The notes under the pieces were generated by a model. It worked only from the letters and a program-made list of their open reading frames with translations, did not search any database and was not told where the DNA came from. From positions 186,001 through 250,000 of the IMG/VR virus record IMGVR_UViG_3300005253_001115: 64,000 nt of DNA; one strand, given 5' to 3'. Both the position numbers and the translations under genes were made by a program. Positions 28,361 through 38,617 of the stretch are shown piece after piece. Numbering within the stretch: position 1 is the stretch's first letter; each line of letters begins with the position of its first letter.

Positions 28361-29724
28361 TATGCGTTTCCATCCTGGGGGGTATTGAAGTATCGCTGGA
28401 ATCCATCGCCTTCGCGCATTTGGGTCCAGCACGCCTGTCGAAGCGCGTCCTTGTTGGCGGGATCGAGCACCAGAGCCTTGAAGCCAGCACTGTCTACCTG
28501 GGTCTCGTGCCCAGGAAGCTCGATACCGAACTTGGTTCCGCTCTTAGAGAGCTGCCCCGTCATCTTGAGGTACTGGAACGTGTCGAACACGGGATCAATA
28601 CCGGGTCCCGGAGCGCCATTGGCTTCGAACCACCAACGTACCCATGCGACCTTGTGCGGCATGAAGTCCTTCGACTTCTCGCTCTTCAGGATCGAGAACG
28701 TGTAGCGGTCCTTGCCTTTGCCGTCCCAGCAGGTCTCCTCTTGGATACCGCTAGTGCCAGACCAGCCTGCGGGCGGAGCCCGCTTGGTCATCTTCACACG
28801 GTTATCGTGGGAGTGTGCCAGCATGTGACCACCCGGTGCGTAACCCGGGTCACCATAGGTGACGCCCGGCTTCTCACGGAACTGGTTGGTAACCACGAGG
28901 GTGAACCGCTTCTCCACCATGGCTGACGTGATACCTGCAAGGTGGTTCGATAGAGTTCTGGCCAGAAGTGCTTGAGCACCCGTGCCGTCCTTCCATTCAT
29001 CCTTTTTCTTCTTACCAATCATCGCTTCCGGCTTCATAGCCGCAATCGAATCGATGTAAATGACAGCCTGGGCTCGTCCATCCTCAGCGGGTACCCAGAC
29101 ACCGGCACCGCATTCGCGGGTGACCTTCGGGTCGAAAGGAATGTTCTGGGCCTTCGCTTCCTTTTGGGTCATCCCCAACATGACGTAGTACCACTGATCG
29201 TTGTACTGCCTCTTGTCCGGGTAGCTGTGCATGAGTCTGCTGATGAACTTCAGGGACTTCTCCGCAGAATCAGGAGCGTAGTACCGGAGGTTCGGACCAG
29301 CCGAGAACCCCTGTGCGGTCTTGGCCTCTTGCTGCGCTTCATCGTCCTTGAAGTTACCGTAAAGCTCTATGCCAATGCGTCCCCAGTACCCCGGATCAGC
29401 AGAACCCTCGTGATCGAAAAAGATCGACCGGATTCCACGCTTCTGGGATTGAGCGATGCTACTGGCACAGGCGGTGGACTTTCCACCAGCCTCAGGACCG
29501 TACTGGCCGCAGAAGCGACCGGGCCCAAAGCCACCACCCACAGCAAGGTCATAGGCAAGAAGCCCTGTGGACACGCAATTTTTTACGTGGTCCGACCTGT
29601 CTAGGGAGATGGGGACAAGACCGACGCTCTGGCTGATAGCCTCGTCAATCGTGTCATAATCAGGAGTCCAGGCGGCGGGAGCCTCCTCGACTGCCTCAGT
29701 CTTCTTTTTCTTGCGTGCTGCCAT
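28360..29724 (-). CDS. recA: RecA/UvsX-like recombinase
   Basis: STGLLAYDLAVGGG, GPEAGGKST, FFDHE, IYIDSIAAM, NQFREKPGVTYGDP, PGG. Confidence 0.9.
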   Translation of the reverse strand: MAARKKKKTEAVEEAPAAWTPDYDTIDEAISQSVGLVPISLDRSDHVKNCVSTGLLAYDLAVGGGFGPGRFCGQYGPEAGGKSTACASSIAQSQKRGIRSIFFDHEGSADPGYWGRIGIELYGNFKDDEAQQEAKTAQGFSAGPNLRYYAPDSAEKSLKFISRLMHSYPDKRQYNDQWYYVMLGMTQKEAKAQNIPFDPKVTRECGAGVWVPAEDGRAQAVIYIDSIAAMKPEAMIGKKKKDEWKDGTGAQALLARTLSNHLAGITSAMVEKRFTLVVTNQFREKPGVTYGDPGYAPGGHMLAHSHDNRVKMTKRAPPAGWSGTSGIQEETCWDGKGKDRYTFSILKSEKSKDFMPHKVAWVRWWFEANGAPGPGIDPVFDTFQYLKMTGQLSKSGTKFGIELPGHETQVDSAGFKALVLDPANKDALRQACWTQMREGDGFQRYFNTPQDGNA

Positions 29725-29756
29725 GACAATTCCTCCTTCGATGGGTTATACGGGCA

Positions 29757-29784
29757 GGGAAGAAGGCGGGGCCGAAGCCCCGCC
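29757..29784 (-). terminator. GC hairpin with cUUCGg tetraloop downstream of SSB
   Basis: Minus strand GGCGGGGC-TTCG-GCCCCGCC followed by TTCTTCCC. Confidence 0.7.
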
Positions 29785-29795
29785 AACTCTAGTTC

Positions 29796-30899
29796 CTACT
29801 CGAAATCGTCATCATCGAAATCGAACTCGTCATCGTCGTCTTCGACGACTTCGGCCTTAGCCTTGGACTTCTTGGTCTTTGCCTTGGACTTTGCCTTGAC
29901 GGGCTCCTCATCGAACTCGTCGTCGTCATCGTCGTCGGCAACTTCGGAATCATCGTCCAGTCCGAGATCATCGTCCTCGTCCTCAAACGAATCATCCTCT
30001 TCGACAACAGGCTTGGAAGCCTTGGCGGGGGTCTCCTCCGCACCCTCGTCGTCGTCGTCGAGAAGCTCAGCGCCCCCCTTCATGGTGGACTTGCTTACCT
30101 TCGTAGACGAACCAGCCGCCGCAACCTCTGCGGGGTCCTCATCCGGCTCCACGATAATGTAACCGTGTCGCTTGAGGGAAGCCGCGATCTTCTCGGGGCT
30201 GTCCTTCGGGTAGATGCTGACCGACTCAGGGATCAATTCGCACTGCTTCATCTCAGCCTTGGTAAGCTCCACAGCATCGCCAAGCATGATGTTGTACTTA
30301 GCTTCTGCCGCTGCCGAGGAGTCGAACTTGAAGAAGAGATCGAAACCGTCCTTAGGATCGGTCGGATCTGCCGTGCTCTTGGTCTTCTTCTCGAACATCT
30401 CGATGGCGTTCTGGACCTCGCGTGCGAATGCCGTCGGAACAGTTGCGCACTTGATGTCACTGAACTTGACCGGCTGCTGGAACTTCTTCTTGAGGGGGAT
30501 GCCCTCAGTCTCTTCCTGACGCTCGCGGTCGATGAAGAAGATGAGGTAGTTCTTCGTGGGCTTCAAGCGCCCCCACGATGTAGAACCGTCATCCTCTATC
30601 TTCGGGTAGTGAGCCTTGCGGTAGAGACAATCGTTCGCATTGAACTCTTCCGTTTCGGCATCGAAGTCCATGCAGATCGACGGGTACATCTTGCACTTCG
30701 TCTTGTACGGATCGTAAGCCTTCTTGGCTTCGGTAGGAACCCAGAACCGCATGAACGGCTCGATGTGTCCGACAAGTCGGATACCGTGGTACTCACCCTT
30801 GGCAATCTGGCGGATATCCACCAGTTCGAAGGGAAGTTCGTCTTCCCACTTGTCGCCGTCGTCTACCTTGGTTTTTGCTGTCTTGAATGTCTTACCCAT
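29796..30899 (-). CDS. single-stranded DNA-binding protein (gp32-like)
   Basis: DPTDPKDGFDL motif, long acidic tail ending DDDDFE, position upstream of recA. Confidence 0.72.
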   Translation of the reverse strand: MGKTFKTAKTKVDDGDKWEDELPFELVDIRQIAKGEYHGIRLVGHIEPFMRFWVPTEAKKAYDPYKTKCKMYPSICMDFDAETEEFNANDCLYRKAHYPKIEDDGSTSWGRLKPTKNYLIFFIDRERQEETEGIPLKKKFQQPVKFSDIKCATVPTAFAREVQNAIEMFEKKTKSTADPTDPKDGFDLFFKFDSSAAAEAKYNIMLGDAVELTKAEMKQCELIPESVSIYPKDSPEKIAASLKRHGYIIVEPDEDPAEVAAAGSSTKVSKSTMKGGAELLDDDDEGAEETPAKASKPVVEEDDSFEDEDDDLGLDDDSEVADDDDDDEFDEEPVKAKSKAKTKKSKAKAEVVEDDDDEFDFDDDDFE

Positions 30900-30978
30900 T
30901 GTCTCTTTCCTTTTCTCGTGTTTATGCCCAGTTGGCGTTTTGATGAGATCGGCATGGGTGCCGATGTCAAAGAGATCT

Positions 30979-32181
30979 TTATTCTACTGTATGGAAGCGC
31001 ATGAGCGCGAGCGTTTGTCTGAGTTGCTCCTTTAGAATGTCCGGTTCAGTAAGGGCCTCATCGGCCTCTATATGAGAGATAACACCGAATTTCAGGCAGA
31101 TGAACTTCTGGGACGTAGAATCAAGCGAGGTAAGCATTTTTCCGATCGCCATCCCCAACTCCCTCTCCGCAACGTCTTCCTCGTAGTCGGCATCAATCAA
31201 GGTATCTAGCAATTTGGCTATTTCTTCACCCTGTTGGACAGGCTGCTCAAGCGGAACCAACTTAATGACACTCACGTACTGACGAATCTTCTCGCTATTT
31301 TCGTCAACCTTTTCGCCTCTTTCTATCTTGTTGTACACATGCCACACGGCACCGGGGATGCGAAAGAAGCTGACCTCTTCCTTCAGAGAGAGGAGAATTG
31401 CCTGCCGGACCCACCACCGGGCGTAGGAAGAAAAGTACGTCTGGCGGCTCAGGAAAAAGGTCGAGATGGACCTGATAAGGCCAAATACCCCAGACTGGAA
31501 CACGTCCTCGAAAATAGACCTCTGGTCCCCGGAAAGTTTTCCTGCCTCAGCGAAAACAAGTCTCAGGTAAGGCTGGATGATAATGTTCCTCAGTTCCAGA
31601 TAGCGATCGTAATGATACTGTACTCCGCTGATGGTTCCGTAGAGTCGCTCTTGAGAGAGCCCTGTGGCTCTCTCAATGGCGTCCTTGCCCAATCGGATGC
31701 TGCCTAGCTTGGCCCCCAGAGCGGGCCGCAGAGAGGCACACAGGATGGCCTCGTCGGCGCACATTTCCTTATAGCCCTCTGTGATCCGCAGAAAGTCATC
31801 AGCTAGTTCCTCGAACAGTAGGCGTACCCAACACATCTTCCGAAGAAGCTTCTTCGTTTCACGTATGTTAGAATACGTCTTTCGGCTAGCCGTGAGGTGT
31901 AGAAGTTCCCCGCCCAGAGCGTGCCACTGATCTTGGCTAGCTTCGGTTTTGTTAAATAGAACCCTATTGTAGGTCATATTGCCCATCGAGCGTATCGTCA
32001 CCTCAGACAAGCGGTTCTCCACGAAGCGCGTGGGGGCGTCCAGCATGTACCCCATACACTTCCAGATCTCCTCATCCATCATCTCGAAGGTGCTGTTGCT
32101 CTTTTCTCGGCTCAAAAGATCGTCGTTTCCGAAGACTCCTGCCCGGATGTGTTCTAGTGCGTCGGTTGTTTGTAATTCCAT
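30979..32181 (-). CDS. sigma-70 family RNA polymerase sigma factor
   Basis: Region 2: YLRLV...EDVFQSGVFGLIRSI...FSSYARWWVRQAI; region 3/4-like LEQPV, ICLKFG. Confidence 0.82.
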   Translation of the reverse strand: MELQTTDALEHIRAGVFGNDDLLSREKSNSTFEMMDEEIWKCMGYMLDAPTRFVENRLSEVTIRSMGNMTYNRVLFNKTEASQDQWHALGGELLHLTASRKTYSNIRETKKLLRKMCWVRLLFEELADDFLRITEGYKEMCADEAILCASLRPALGAKLGSIRLGKDAIERATGLSQERLYGTISGVQYHYDRYLELRNIIIQPYLRLVFAEAGKLSGDQRSIFEDVFQSGVFGLIRSISTFFLSRQTYFSSYARWWVRQAILLSLKEEVSFFRIPGAVWHVYNKIERGEKVDENSEKIRQYVSVIKLVPLEQPVQQGEEIAKLLDTLIDADYEEDVAERELGMAIGKMLTSLDSTSQKFICLKFGVISHIEADEALTEPDILKEQLRQTLALMRFHTVE

Positions 32182-32193
32182 TATCTCTCTACT

Positions 32194-32910
32194 ATGACCA
32201 TGTTGACTTTAGGACAGCTTCTCAAGGCCACCCAGTCAGCCTCCCAGAGAGGCAGCGGGCGGAGTGTCTCCGAGCGTGCCTCCAAGGTTTCTATTTCAGG
32301 TGTTAAGACAGGCTTCCGCGATGGCTGGAAGGTCCCTGACACTGCTTACTGGGGTTCCCCCGGGGTGCAGGAAATCCTCTTTGTGACCCAGGCTTCGGAC
32401 TCCAAGACCGACCGGCGTTTCAGGAAGCCCTACCGGACGATGTATAGGTTCCCACTGAATCAGGCGTCTGGGAGCCCCTACCCGTCCGGTGCTAGTGCTA
32501 ATGACTTGCCAGTATGGGTCAACTGCACTTGTCCCGCATTCCGGTATTACAGTGAAGTCGCCCTCACCAAGAAGAACAGCTCCGATGTCATCGAGTCTGA
32601 CGGCTCCCTCCCCAGGCAGAACAATCCCCAGATGGAGCCCTACATTTGCAAGCACCTCTACGCCACTGCCAAAATGGCTATGGACAAGAGACGTACTATC
32701 GGGGTGACTGCCTCTATTGCTACTCTGCAAGATGATCCCATGAAGCCCAAGGGTCGAGACCCTGAAAGAGTTGATACCCAGACGCCGAAATCCCAGAAGG
32801 GTCGTAAGACCCCCAAGGTCAGTGCTACTGCTGCTAAGCCCACCACCATCCCTCAAACGTGGTTGGGCCGTTTGGCTTACATTCTCTTTAATGAACGGGC
32901 TGGACGCTAG
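32194..32910 (+). CDS. SWIM-type zinc finger protein
   Basis: VWVNCTCPAFRY...ICKHL. Confidence 0.7.
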   Translation: MTMLTLGQLLKATQSASQRGSGRSVSERASKVSISGVKTGFRDGWKVPDTAYWGSPGVQEILFVTQASDSKTDRRFRKPYRTMYRFPLNQASGSPYPSGASANDLPVWVNCTCPAFRYYSEVALTKKNSSDVIESDGSLPRQNNPQMEPYICKHLYATAKMAMDKRRTIGVTASIATLQDDPMKPKGRDPERVDTQTPKSQKGRKTPKVSATAAKPTTIPQTWLGRLAYILFNERAGR

Positions 32911-33188
32911 GCGAACGCATCCCGATAGGATCGAAGCAGACCCACCACCTCGTCCCACATTAACATCACTATCTGTTCCCTACCTGTACAACTGGCGACT
33001 TGTAGATTCAGGTCCCGGATATCTTGTCCGAGCAGAGAATCCACATCAACGTGAATTCGCAGTTTGTTCAACATTACAACGCCTATTCTAAGTAGGCTAG
33101 CTTTTTCTTCTTCTTTGTCCGCGTTATCACAAAAGACCAAAAATCGGTCGAGAACGTTCTTGAACCGAATCCGGCTAATCTGATCCAT
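32907..33188 (-). CDS. hypothetical protein
   Basis: 93-aa ORF coupled to the Cas4-like gene. Confidence 0.55.
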   Translation of the reverse strand: MDQISRIRFKNVLDRFLVFCDNADKEEEKASLLRIGVVMLNKLRIHVDVDSLLGQDIRDLNLQVASCTGREQIVMLMWDEVVGLLRSYRDAFA

Positions 33189-34131
33189 CCGTCTCCTCTC
33201 CGAGCACCTCTCGCTCGGCTTTCTTGATCTTAATGAGTTCCCTGCGTTTTCCCTTCAGGAACTTAGTCCGGTCCGGTCGGAAACATTGACCGGCGAACTC
33301 ACAATAGCGCATCTTACGCGCATATTTCTCGTTGGGGCAGATGGCCCTGGCATCCTCGATGTTGCCCTTCTTCATGATCTCCTTGACCTCGGGGTACTCG
33401 ACCCGGAAGTCCTCTAGCGCCTGGGGCGCAAGATCATGGAACATGAAGCGCATCTTATTGGGGTAATCCCTCGGAATGTAACAGAAAGCGATTCCCTCGA
33501 TATCCTGATCCAGACCCCAATCCCTCGGGGTGCAGAGTTCGGCGTATGTTCCCGCTTGGGCTACGTGTGGGGGATCAGGCTCCTTCAGGGCTCTCACAAC
33601 AGACGAGGACGCCTTCGTTTTGACCTCAAGTAGGTACAGGTGCCCCCCGATAAGAATGAGGCCGTCACAGGAGCCCTTGAGCCCTGAGACGGGATCTATC
33701 AGCTCGAACTCGACGTACCGAGTAGCGAAACCCTTGCAGCAAGGGCCTTCCTCGGGTCCGATAGGGTTGCCTTCCCTGTCCTCCCCACGGGTCCATTCTG
33801 ACCGATGATCCCCGCAATAGGGTGTCCCCAGACCCGGGGATGAGGTATACCAGCACTTCTTGCACTTCCACCTACCGTAAAGGAGCCCTACGCGCCCCAG
33901 GTAAGTCTGGATGACCTCATGGGTCGCAGTTCCGATATTGACGAAGATCTTTCCCATGAAATTGTCACCCACGGAGGCGTTAATGGGGTCCAACATCGCG
34001 AAAAGGTACTCGATTTGACAGAAGGGGAACGAAGATGGCCGAATCCGCACCTTGTACGGGGCCTTCCAGCTCTCGTTCTCAAGCAGCTCCTTCGAGACGT
34101 TCTCAAGGATCTTGTCATGGTTCGCTGTCAT
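33175..34131 (-). CDS. Cas4-like PD-(D/E)xK exonuclease
   Basis: RPSSFPFC, GTATHE, GSCDG, LLEVKT, QAGTY, C-terminal C..C..C Fe-S-type cysteines. Confidence 0.8.
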   Translation of the reverse strand: MTANHDKILENVSKELLENESWKAPYKVRIRPSSFPFCQIEYLFAMLDPINASVGDNFMGKIFVNIGTATHEVIQTYLGRVGLLYGRWKCKKCWYTSSPGLGTPYCGDHRSEWTRGEDREGNPIGPEEGPCCKGFATRYVEFELIDPVSGLKGSCDGLILIGGHLYLLEVKTKASSSVVRALKEPDPPHVAQAGTYAELCTPRDWGLDQDIEGIAFCYIPRDYPNKMRFMFHDLAPQALEDFRVEYPEVKEIMKKGNIEDARAICPNEKYARKMRYCEFAGQCFRPDRTKFLKGKRRELIKIKKAEREVLGEETDGSD

Positions 34132-34138
34132 GCAACTT

Positions 34139-34151
34139 CTTTAGTCTAAAG
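34139..34151. promoter_or_regulatory. palindromic CTTTAG-T-CTAAAG element serving two divergent genes
   Basis: Each CTAAAG lies exactly 7 nt before the ATG of the Cas4-like gene (34131) or the primase (34159). Confidence 0.6.
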
Positions 34152-34158
34152 GCTTGTC

Positions 34159-35100
34159 ATGGAACGAAAACCAAAACCCGAACTAGACAGAGATTTTATT
34201 GTTGACCAGTTGGAGCGAGTTTGCTCAGATACCAAGATCCACCGGCATGATATAGCCATCCCCTGTCCATTCAAGGCCCACTCCAATCCCAAGCCGTCCT
34301 GCATGGTACACCTATCCGGCCACAAGACCGGAGTGGGCGTGTTCCATTGCTGGAAGTGCGATGCTAAGGGCGGGTGGCCCCGACTAGCCGAGGCTCTGGG
34401 CCTGGAATACGGCGAGAACTACGCTCCCCAGAACCCCTTTAGTGCAAAAAGCCGCGCCATGAAGCAAATTCGGGCGGATGCCGACGAGCAGCTTGAGGCC
34501 CGGTATCGCGATTTCATGCCTCTTGGGGTGACACCTTGGGAGCATGGAGCCTTTCGAGGGCTGCCAGAAGAGTTTCTAGTCAAGGTCGGGGCGAAGAGGT
34601 TCTACGACGACCAGACCGAGTGTTACCGAATCGTATTCCCCGTTAAGAACAAGAACGGGACCACGTTGGGTAGCGTTGCTCGAAGGACTGACAAGGGCAC
34701 CTTCATGCCCTGGCTTAACGCTCCCGGACCCTGGGCTCGGCGAGCGCTGTTCCCTCTACACATCTTGGATCGGCCCCTGGAAACCGTGGTTCTGGTTGAG
34801 GGTTCTTTCGACTCTCTGCGCCTCTGCTATCTGGGAATCCCTGCCCTCTCCATCCTCGGAGCATCTAATTGGACGCCCACCAAACTGAGTACACTGCAAG
34901 GTATGGGCTGCAAGAAGCTCATCATCTGTATGGACGGTGATAAAGCAGGTCGAATAGCTGAGGCACAGATCTTCGAGGAAACAGCAGACAAGATCAAGCG
35001 CAAGAGGTTCCGGTTGCCCATCAACGTAGCAGATCCCGTTGACCCAGGTAACATGAACGAGGAGTTGATCGAGGCTCTCAGAGAGTTCGGCGGCTTTTAG
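34159..35100 (+). CDS. DnaG-like DNA primase
   Basis: Zinc finger CPF..H...FHCWKC; TOPRIM VLVEGSFD, ICMDGDKAG, DPG. Confidence 0.88.
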   Translation: MERKPKPELDRDFIVDQLERVCSDTKIHRHDIAIPCPFKAHSNPKPSCMVHLSGHKTGVGVFHCWKCDAKGGWPRLAEALGLEYGENYAPQNPFSAKSRAMKQIRADADEQLEARYRDFMPLGVTPWEHGAFRGLPEEFLVKVGAKRFYDDQTECYRIVFPVKNKNGTTLGSVARRTDKGTFMPWLNAPGPWARRALFPLHILDRPLETVVLVEGSFDSLRLCYLGIPALSILGASNWTPTKLSTLQGMGCKKLIICMDGDKAGRIAEAQIFEETADKIKRKRFRLPINVADPVDPGNMNEELIEALREFGGF

Positions 35101-38100
35101 GGGGAATCTATAGTTCGGTTAGACACGTCCATGTTGACACCGCTCAAATCAATCAGCGTGCTGTGGTTGCCCGTATCCTCACCAATATTAGCGATATTTT
35201 GGCCTAGCTGCCACCAGTGCAGCAGAGTGGCGGAAGACACGTAACTGCCAGAGTCAGTGAGCAAGTCGAATCCCGTAGAGCCGCCATTGTAAATTGCGGT
35301 CACCTCACCCGCCGTTAGTGCATTGCTCCACATGGACATTTGGTGATTGACACCCGGCCATTCAGTGCCACCGAAAGCGGCAGTGCCGCCTATTTCCACA
35401 AGCCGAACGATGGTATTGTCCTGAGGCCCAAGATTGTCCTTAGAAGCAGAATCCGCCACTCCTTGGTCAACTCCGTCAATGTAGAGTGTTACAGGGTCCC
35501 CGCCAACTGCTCCGTCGTAGGTGAATACGAAGTGAATCCAAGTGTCATCTGGTATCACATTGAACCATTCCAAATCCTTGAACTCAAAACCCCCAGGTTG
35601 GTTCGCATTGATTTGGATGCGTCCATTGGGCTGTGCAAGAACAGGTGTCTTGGTTTGGATAGTGATCGAGTTCCCTGCCGCCGTGGCTCGCCACAATACG
35701 TCAAATGTGGAAGAGGTAATTTGATCGTTCTTGATCCAACCCATGATGCTCCAAGCATCCACTGAACCCAGATCCTTGGCGATCCCTCCGGTCATGTACT
35801 CGTCAGTACCGTTGAAGACCAGACTGAAACTGGTCGGGGATGAACCGTCCACAGACCCGGGAGCGTCTCCCAGAACGATGACTGTTCCGTTCTCTACCGT
35901 CATTGATCTGACGTTTATGCCGCGCATAGTGTTCATGAAGTCCCTTCCCTTCAGAAAGGTATCTTCGCCCAGCTTGTGGTAGTGTTGTAGGTTAGCTCCA
36001 CTAACGTACTCATTCTTGTTATACCGGAGGTCAAGACCGTGACCTAGTGATGCAACTGTGCGCGCTTCGTTTGCACTTAGAGCCGAGTCCCACATCCCCA
36101 CATGGCTGATCTTACCGGTGAAGGCTAGACCGGCCGAAGCTGCTAGCACCTCGTTAGAACCGCCCAGCTCCACGAAGCGTGACGAGTCAATCATAGTACC
36201 GGCGTTTGTTGTATCCACAACAGGAGCTACGAACCCTCCGTTATAGTACATCGTGATAAAGTTGTCGAACCATACCATGGTGACATGTTGCCACTCTCCC
36301 TCCACTAGAAGGTTGTTGTACCTAACACGCTGCAACACTGTACCTGCCGAATCGGTGACTTGCAGGATAAGTGGCTTTTGTGCGTCGTCGGCGTCAATTT
36401 GCCATGTGATCTCATTGGCGGACAGACCTGCTTGTGCTGGTCCCACGAACACGGGGTACTGCATGCCTGCACTAAGATCGTTCGGCTTTATCCAGGCTGA
36501 AATAGTCCACGAGTTGACCAAACCAATGGGAAGGGCTGTTGCGGTTGCAAGGTTGGCAGTGTCATCAAAGTCTGCGCAGTTACCCACTAGGCTGGTCTCG
36601 ATGATGCCACGGTTACGCATCTCGGCACCAACCCCAGTCTGTTCCGTGGAGATGGTGTATCCACCCGGTACACGATCAGGGAACTGTGTATCTCCTGCGG
36701 GATGTGTTAGGCTGGCTGAAGGGTCTCCAAGCACCCACCAGTGTACCAAGGACGGAGCCTCACCGTAGCACGGGTGCTCTACACGAAGATCTAGATTCTT
36801 CCAACCACCACTATAGACTGCCTTAACCCCGTTTTCCGTTACAGGAACAGACCACAGAGCTACAGAGTGTAGATCACCGTCAAACTGGTCGTTGACGCCT
36901 CGGCCATCGTAAAGGAAGTGGGTGCTTCGGGAAACGTTCGTTGTCGAGACAATACCACCGATCACAGGAGGCAGGTCATCCAGCCCATTAACAAAGAACC
37001 TAGCCGAGAACGTATCCTGCTTGCAGCCGAGGATATGGTACCACTGATCCTCTACTACCGGAGTGGTTCCTGTCAGAACGTTGAACGTCCCTGCCGCGTT
37101 GGAGAACTCGTACTCCCAAAAAGACACGCCGCCAGATGTGACAAGACTGAGAGCGATCTGGTCGAAGTTGCTGATGCCGTTAGTGACTCGCCAAACTTCC
37201 CGAGTAACGCCCTCAGCAGGAAGGCTTGTGGGCTTGACCCAGGCGGCAACTGTATGAGCGTTACCGACACCCTGAAACTTGTCGGTCTCGCCAACGGTAC
37301 CTGCTGCATCCTTACGGTAGAAAGATCCTTCAGGAGCAGAACGACGAACCTTTTCCGCTGTCTGCGTGCTATCAACATCAGGGATAGCTGTAGGAGCAAA
37401 GTTTGTGTGGACGGCACTACTAGGGGAGTCCCCATACCTGTACCACGTCTCTAGGTTGCCGTTACTGACGTAATCTCCGTGCCCCAGATTGAAATCGACA
37501 TCGGTGCCAGAACCAGCATTGTAAATGGTTGAGATCTCGGCTTGCCCCAGTGGAAGGTTCCAGTGTGCGTGCGAATGGATGAAACCTTCAAACTTCTGGG
37601 CGAGGGAGGGGGTGTGAAGATTCCCCGCCGTGATGGACCGCAGTGTGTTGGTCTGGCTACCTGAGATGTCCGTCACGTTCGTCATGTAGGAGTTCATGTT
37701 AAGGCCGTTACGATAGACCGTCAGGGTCGCGCCGTCCCAGGTAACAACAATCTGGTGCCAGGAATTAACCCCGAAGAAGAACCCGTCTACTCCCGCCGTG
37801 TCGGTGTCTTCGACAGCGATCTGTCGCTTCTTGAAGACGGTGCCACCAGAGTTGTACATTGTGACGGAGAAGATGCCGCCCGTCTCAATAGCGATATCTA
37901 AAGAATTGGTAAGGCCACCGTTAAGAGTACCCATGCTGTAGATGGTTTGGTTGCTGGCAGGGGACAGAGAGGTGGGGGCGCACCAAACCATGTGGGTCCA
38001 AGCGTTAGTTACGTTTAGATCCGAGTCACCAGAAATAACAGCGGAGTCGCTGGTGCCGTTGAAGAACATGGCGGCGTTGTGGTGCGTCTTGGACTGGGGG

Positions 38101-38192
38101 TTCGCCAAAAAACTGTTCGAGCGATTACACGACTGGGTAGGCTGGCCACCTCCGAGTAGTCGGTACGGGATATCTCCTGCAAGTCTAGGCAT
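35097..38192 (-). CDS. LamG/concanavalin-A-like repeat protein (probable virion or tail-associated adhesin)
   Basis: Four repeats of W(T/S)xxxWxKP...WxHxxxTxDG...YxNG...LWxxxL...IYNxG. Confidence 0.78.
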   Translation of the reverse strand: MPRLAGDIPYRLLGGGQPTQSCNRSNSFLANPQSKTHHNAAMFFNGTSDSAVISGDSDLNVTNAWTHMVWCAPTSLSPASNQTIYSMGTLNGGLTNSLDIAIETGGIFSVTMYNSGGTVFKKRQIAVEDTDTAGVDGFFFGVNSWHQIVVTWDGATLTVYRNGLNMNSYMTNVTDISGSQTNTLRSITAGNLHTPSLAQKFEGFIHSHAHWNLPLGQAEISTIYNAGSGTDVDFNLGHGDYVSNGNLETWYRYGDSPSSAVHTNFAPTAIPDVDSTQTAEKVRRSAPEGSFYRKDAAGTVGETDKFQGVGNAHTVAAWVKPTSLPAEGVTREVWRVTNGISNFDQIALSLVTSGGVSFWEYEFSNAAGTFNVLTGTTPVVEDQWYHILGCKQDTFSARFFVNGLDDLPPVIGGIVSTTNVSRSTHFLYDGRGVNDQFDGDLHSVALWSVPVTENGVKAVYSGGWKNLDLRVEHPCYGEAPSLVHWWVLGDPSASLTHPAGDTQFPDRVPGGYTISTEQTGVGAEMRNRGIIETSLVGNCADFDDTANLATATALPIGLVNSWTISAWIKPNDLSAGMQYPVFVGPAQAGLSANEITWQIDADDAQKPLILQVTDSAGTVLQRVRYNNLLVEGEWQHVTMVWFDNFITMYYNGGFVAPVVDTTNAGTMIDSSRFVELGGSNEVLAASAGLAFTGKISHVGMWDSALSANEARTVASLGHGLDLRYNKNEYVSGANLQHYHKLGEDTFLKGRDFMNTMRGINVRSMTVENGTVIVLGDAPGSVDGSSPTSFSLVFNGTDEYMTGGIAKDLGSVDAWSIMGWIKNDQITSSTFDVLWRATAAGNSITIQTKTPVLAQPNGRIQINANQPGGFEFKDLEWFNVIPDDTWIHFVFTYDGAVGGDPVTLYIDGVDQGVADSASKDNLGPQDNTIVRLVEIGGTAAFGGTEWPGVNHQMSMWSNALTAGEVTAIYNGGSTGFDLLTDSGSYVSSATLLHWWQLGQNIANIGEDTGNHSTLIDLSGVNMDVSNRTIDSP

Positions 38193-38556
38193 TCTTTTCC
38201 CATCTCCCGGGCTTTGGATTCTCTACCAGAAAAGACAGCAGGCCATTGAAGCTTCCATCGAATCTGTAACCCCTGTCGTCTACGTAAATTGCGGCCTCAG
38301 GCTTCTCAAGGCTCACCGGAATAGGGGGGAACCCCCAGTGTTGTAACCAATTCTCGATCGCTTCGACCCCGCCCGGCTCATTTGCTCTTGCGGAGAAGAT
38401 CACCAGATTGTATCTTTGCCCCATCCACGCTACTGCGCCTTTGGCTCCGGGAACCGGCTTGCCCCCTGGGGTAGGAAAGTTCTCTTCTCGCTCTTTGTAT
38501 TCGTGCAGCACACCGTCAAAGTCTAAAGCAATGGTGAGGTCTCGGTCGTAAGTCAC
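38185..38556 (-). CDS. HAD-superfamily hydrolase
   Basis: IALDFDGVL, FSAR, KP...YVDDR. Confidence 0.8.
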   Translation of the reverse strand: MTYDRDLTIALDFDGVLHEYKEREENFPTPGGKPVPGAKGAVAWMGQRYNLVIFSARANEPGGVEAIENWLQHWGFPPIPVSLEKPEAAIYVDDRGYRFDGSFNGLLSFLVENPKPGRWEKNA

Positions 38557-38617
38557 TTGATTCTCCGCTATTTGAAAGATAACAGGCCCTACCCCCTCTT
38601 TACTCTAAAGGAGTAGC

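Noticed and set aside
33175-34131. Cas4 as part of a CRISPR-Cas or TIGR adaptation module
   Set aside because: Stand-alone Cas4-like nucleases are common in phage replication regions, and this one is 23 kb from the arrays with no linkage evidence.
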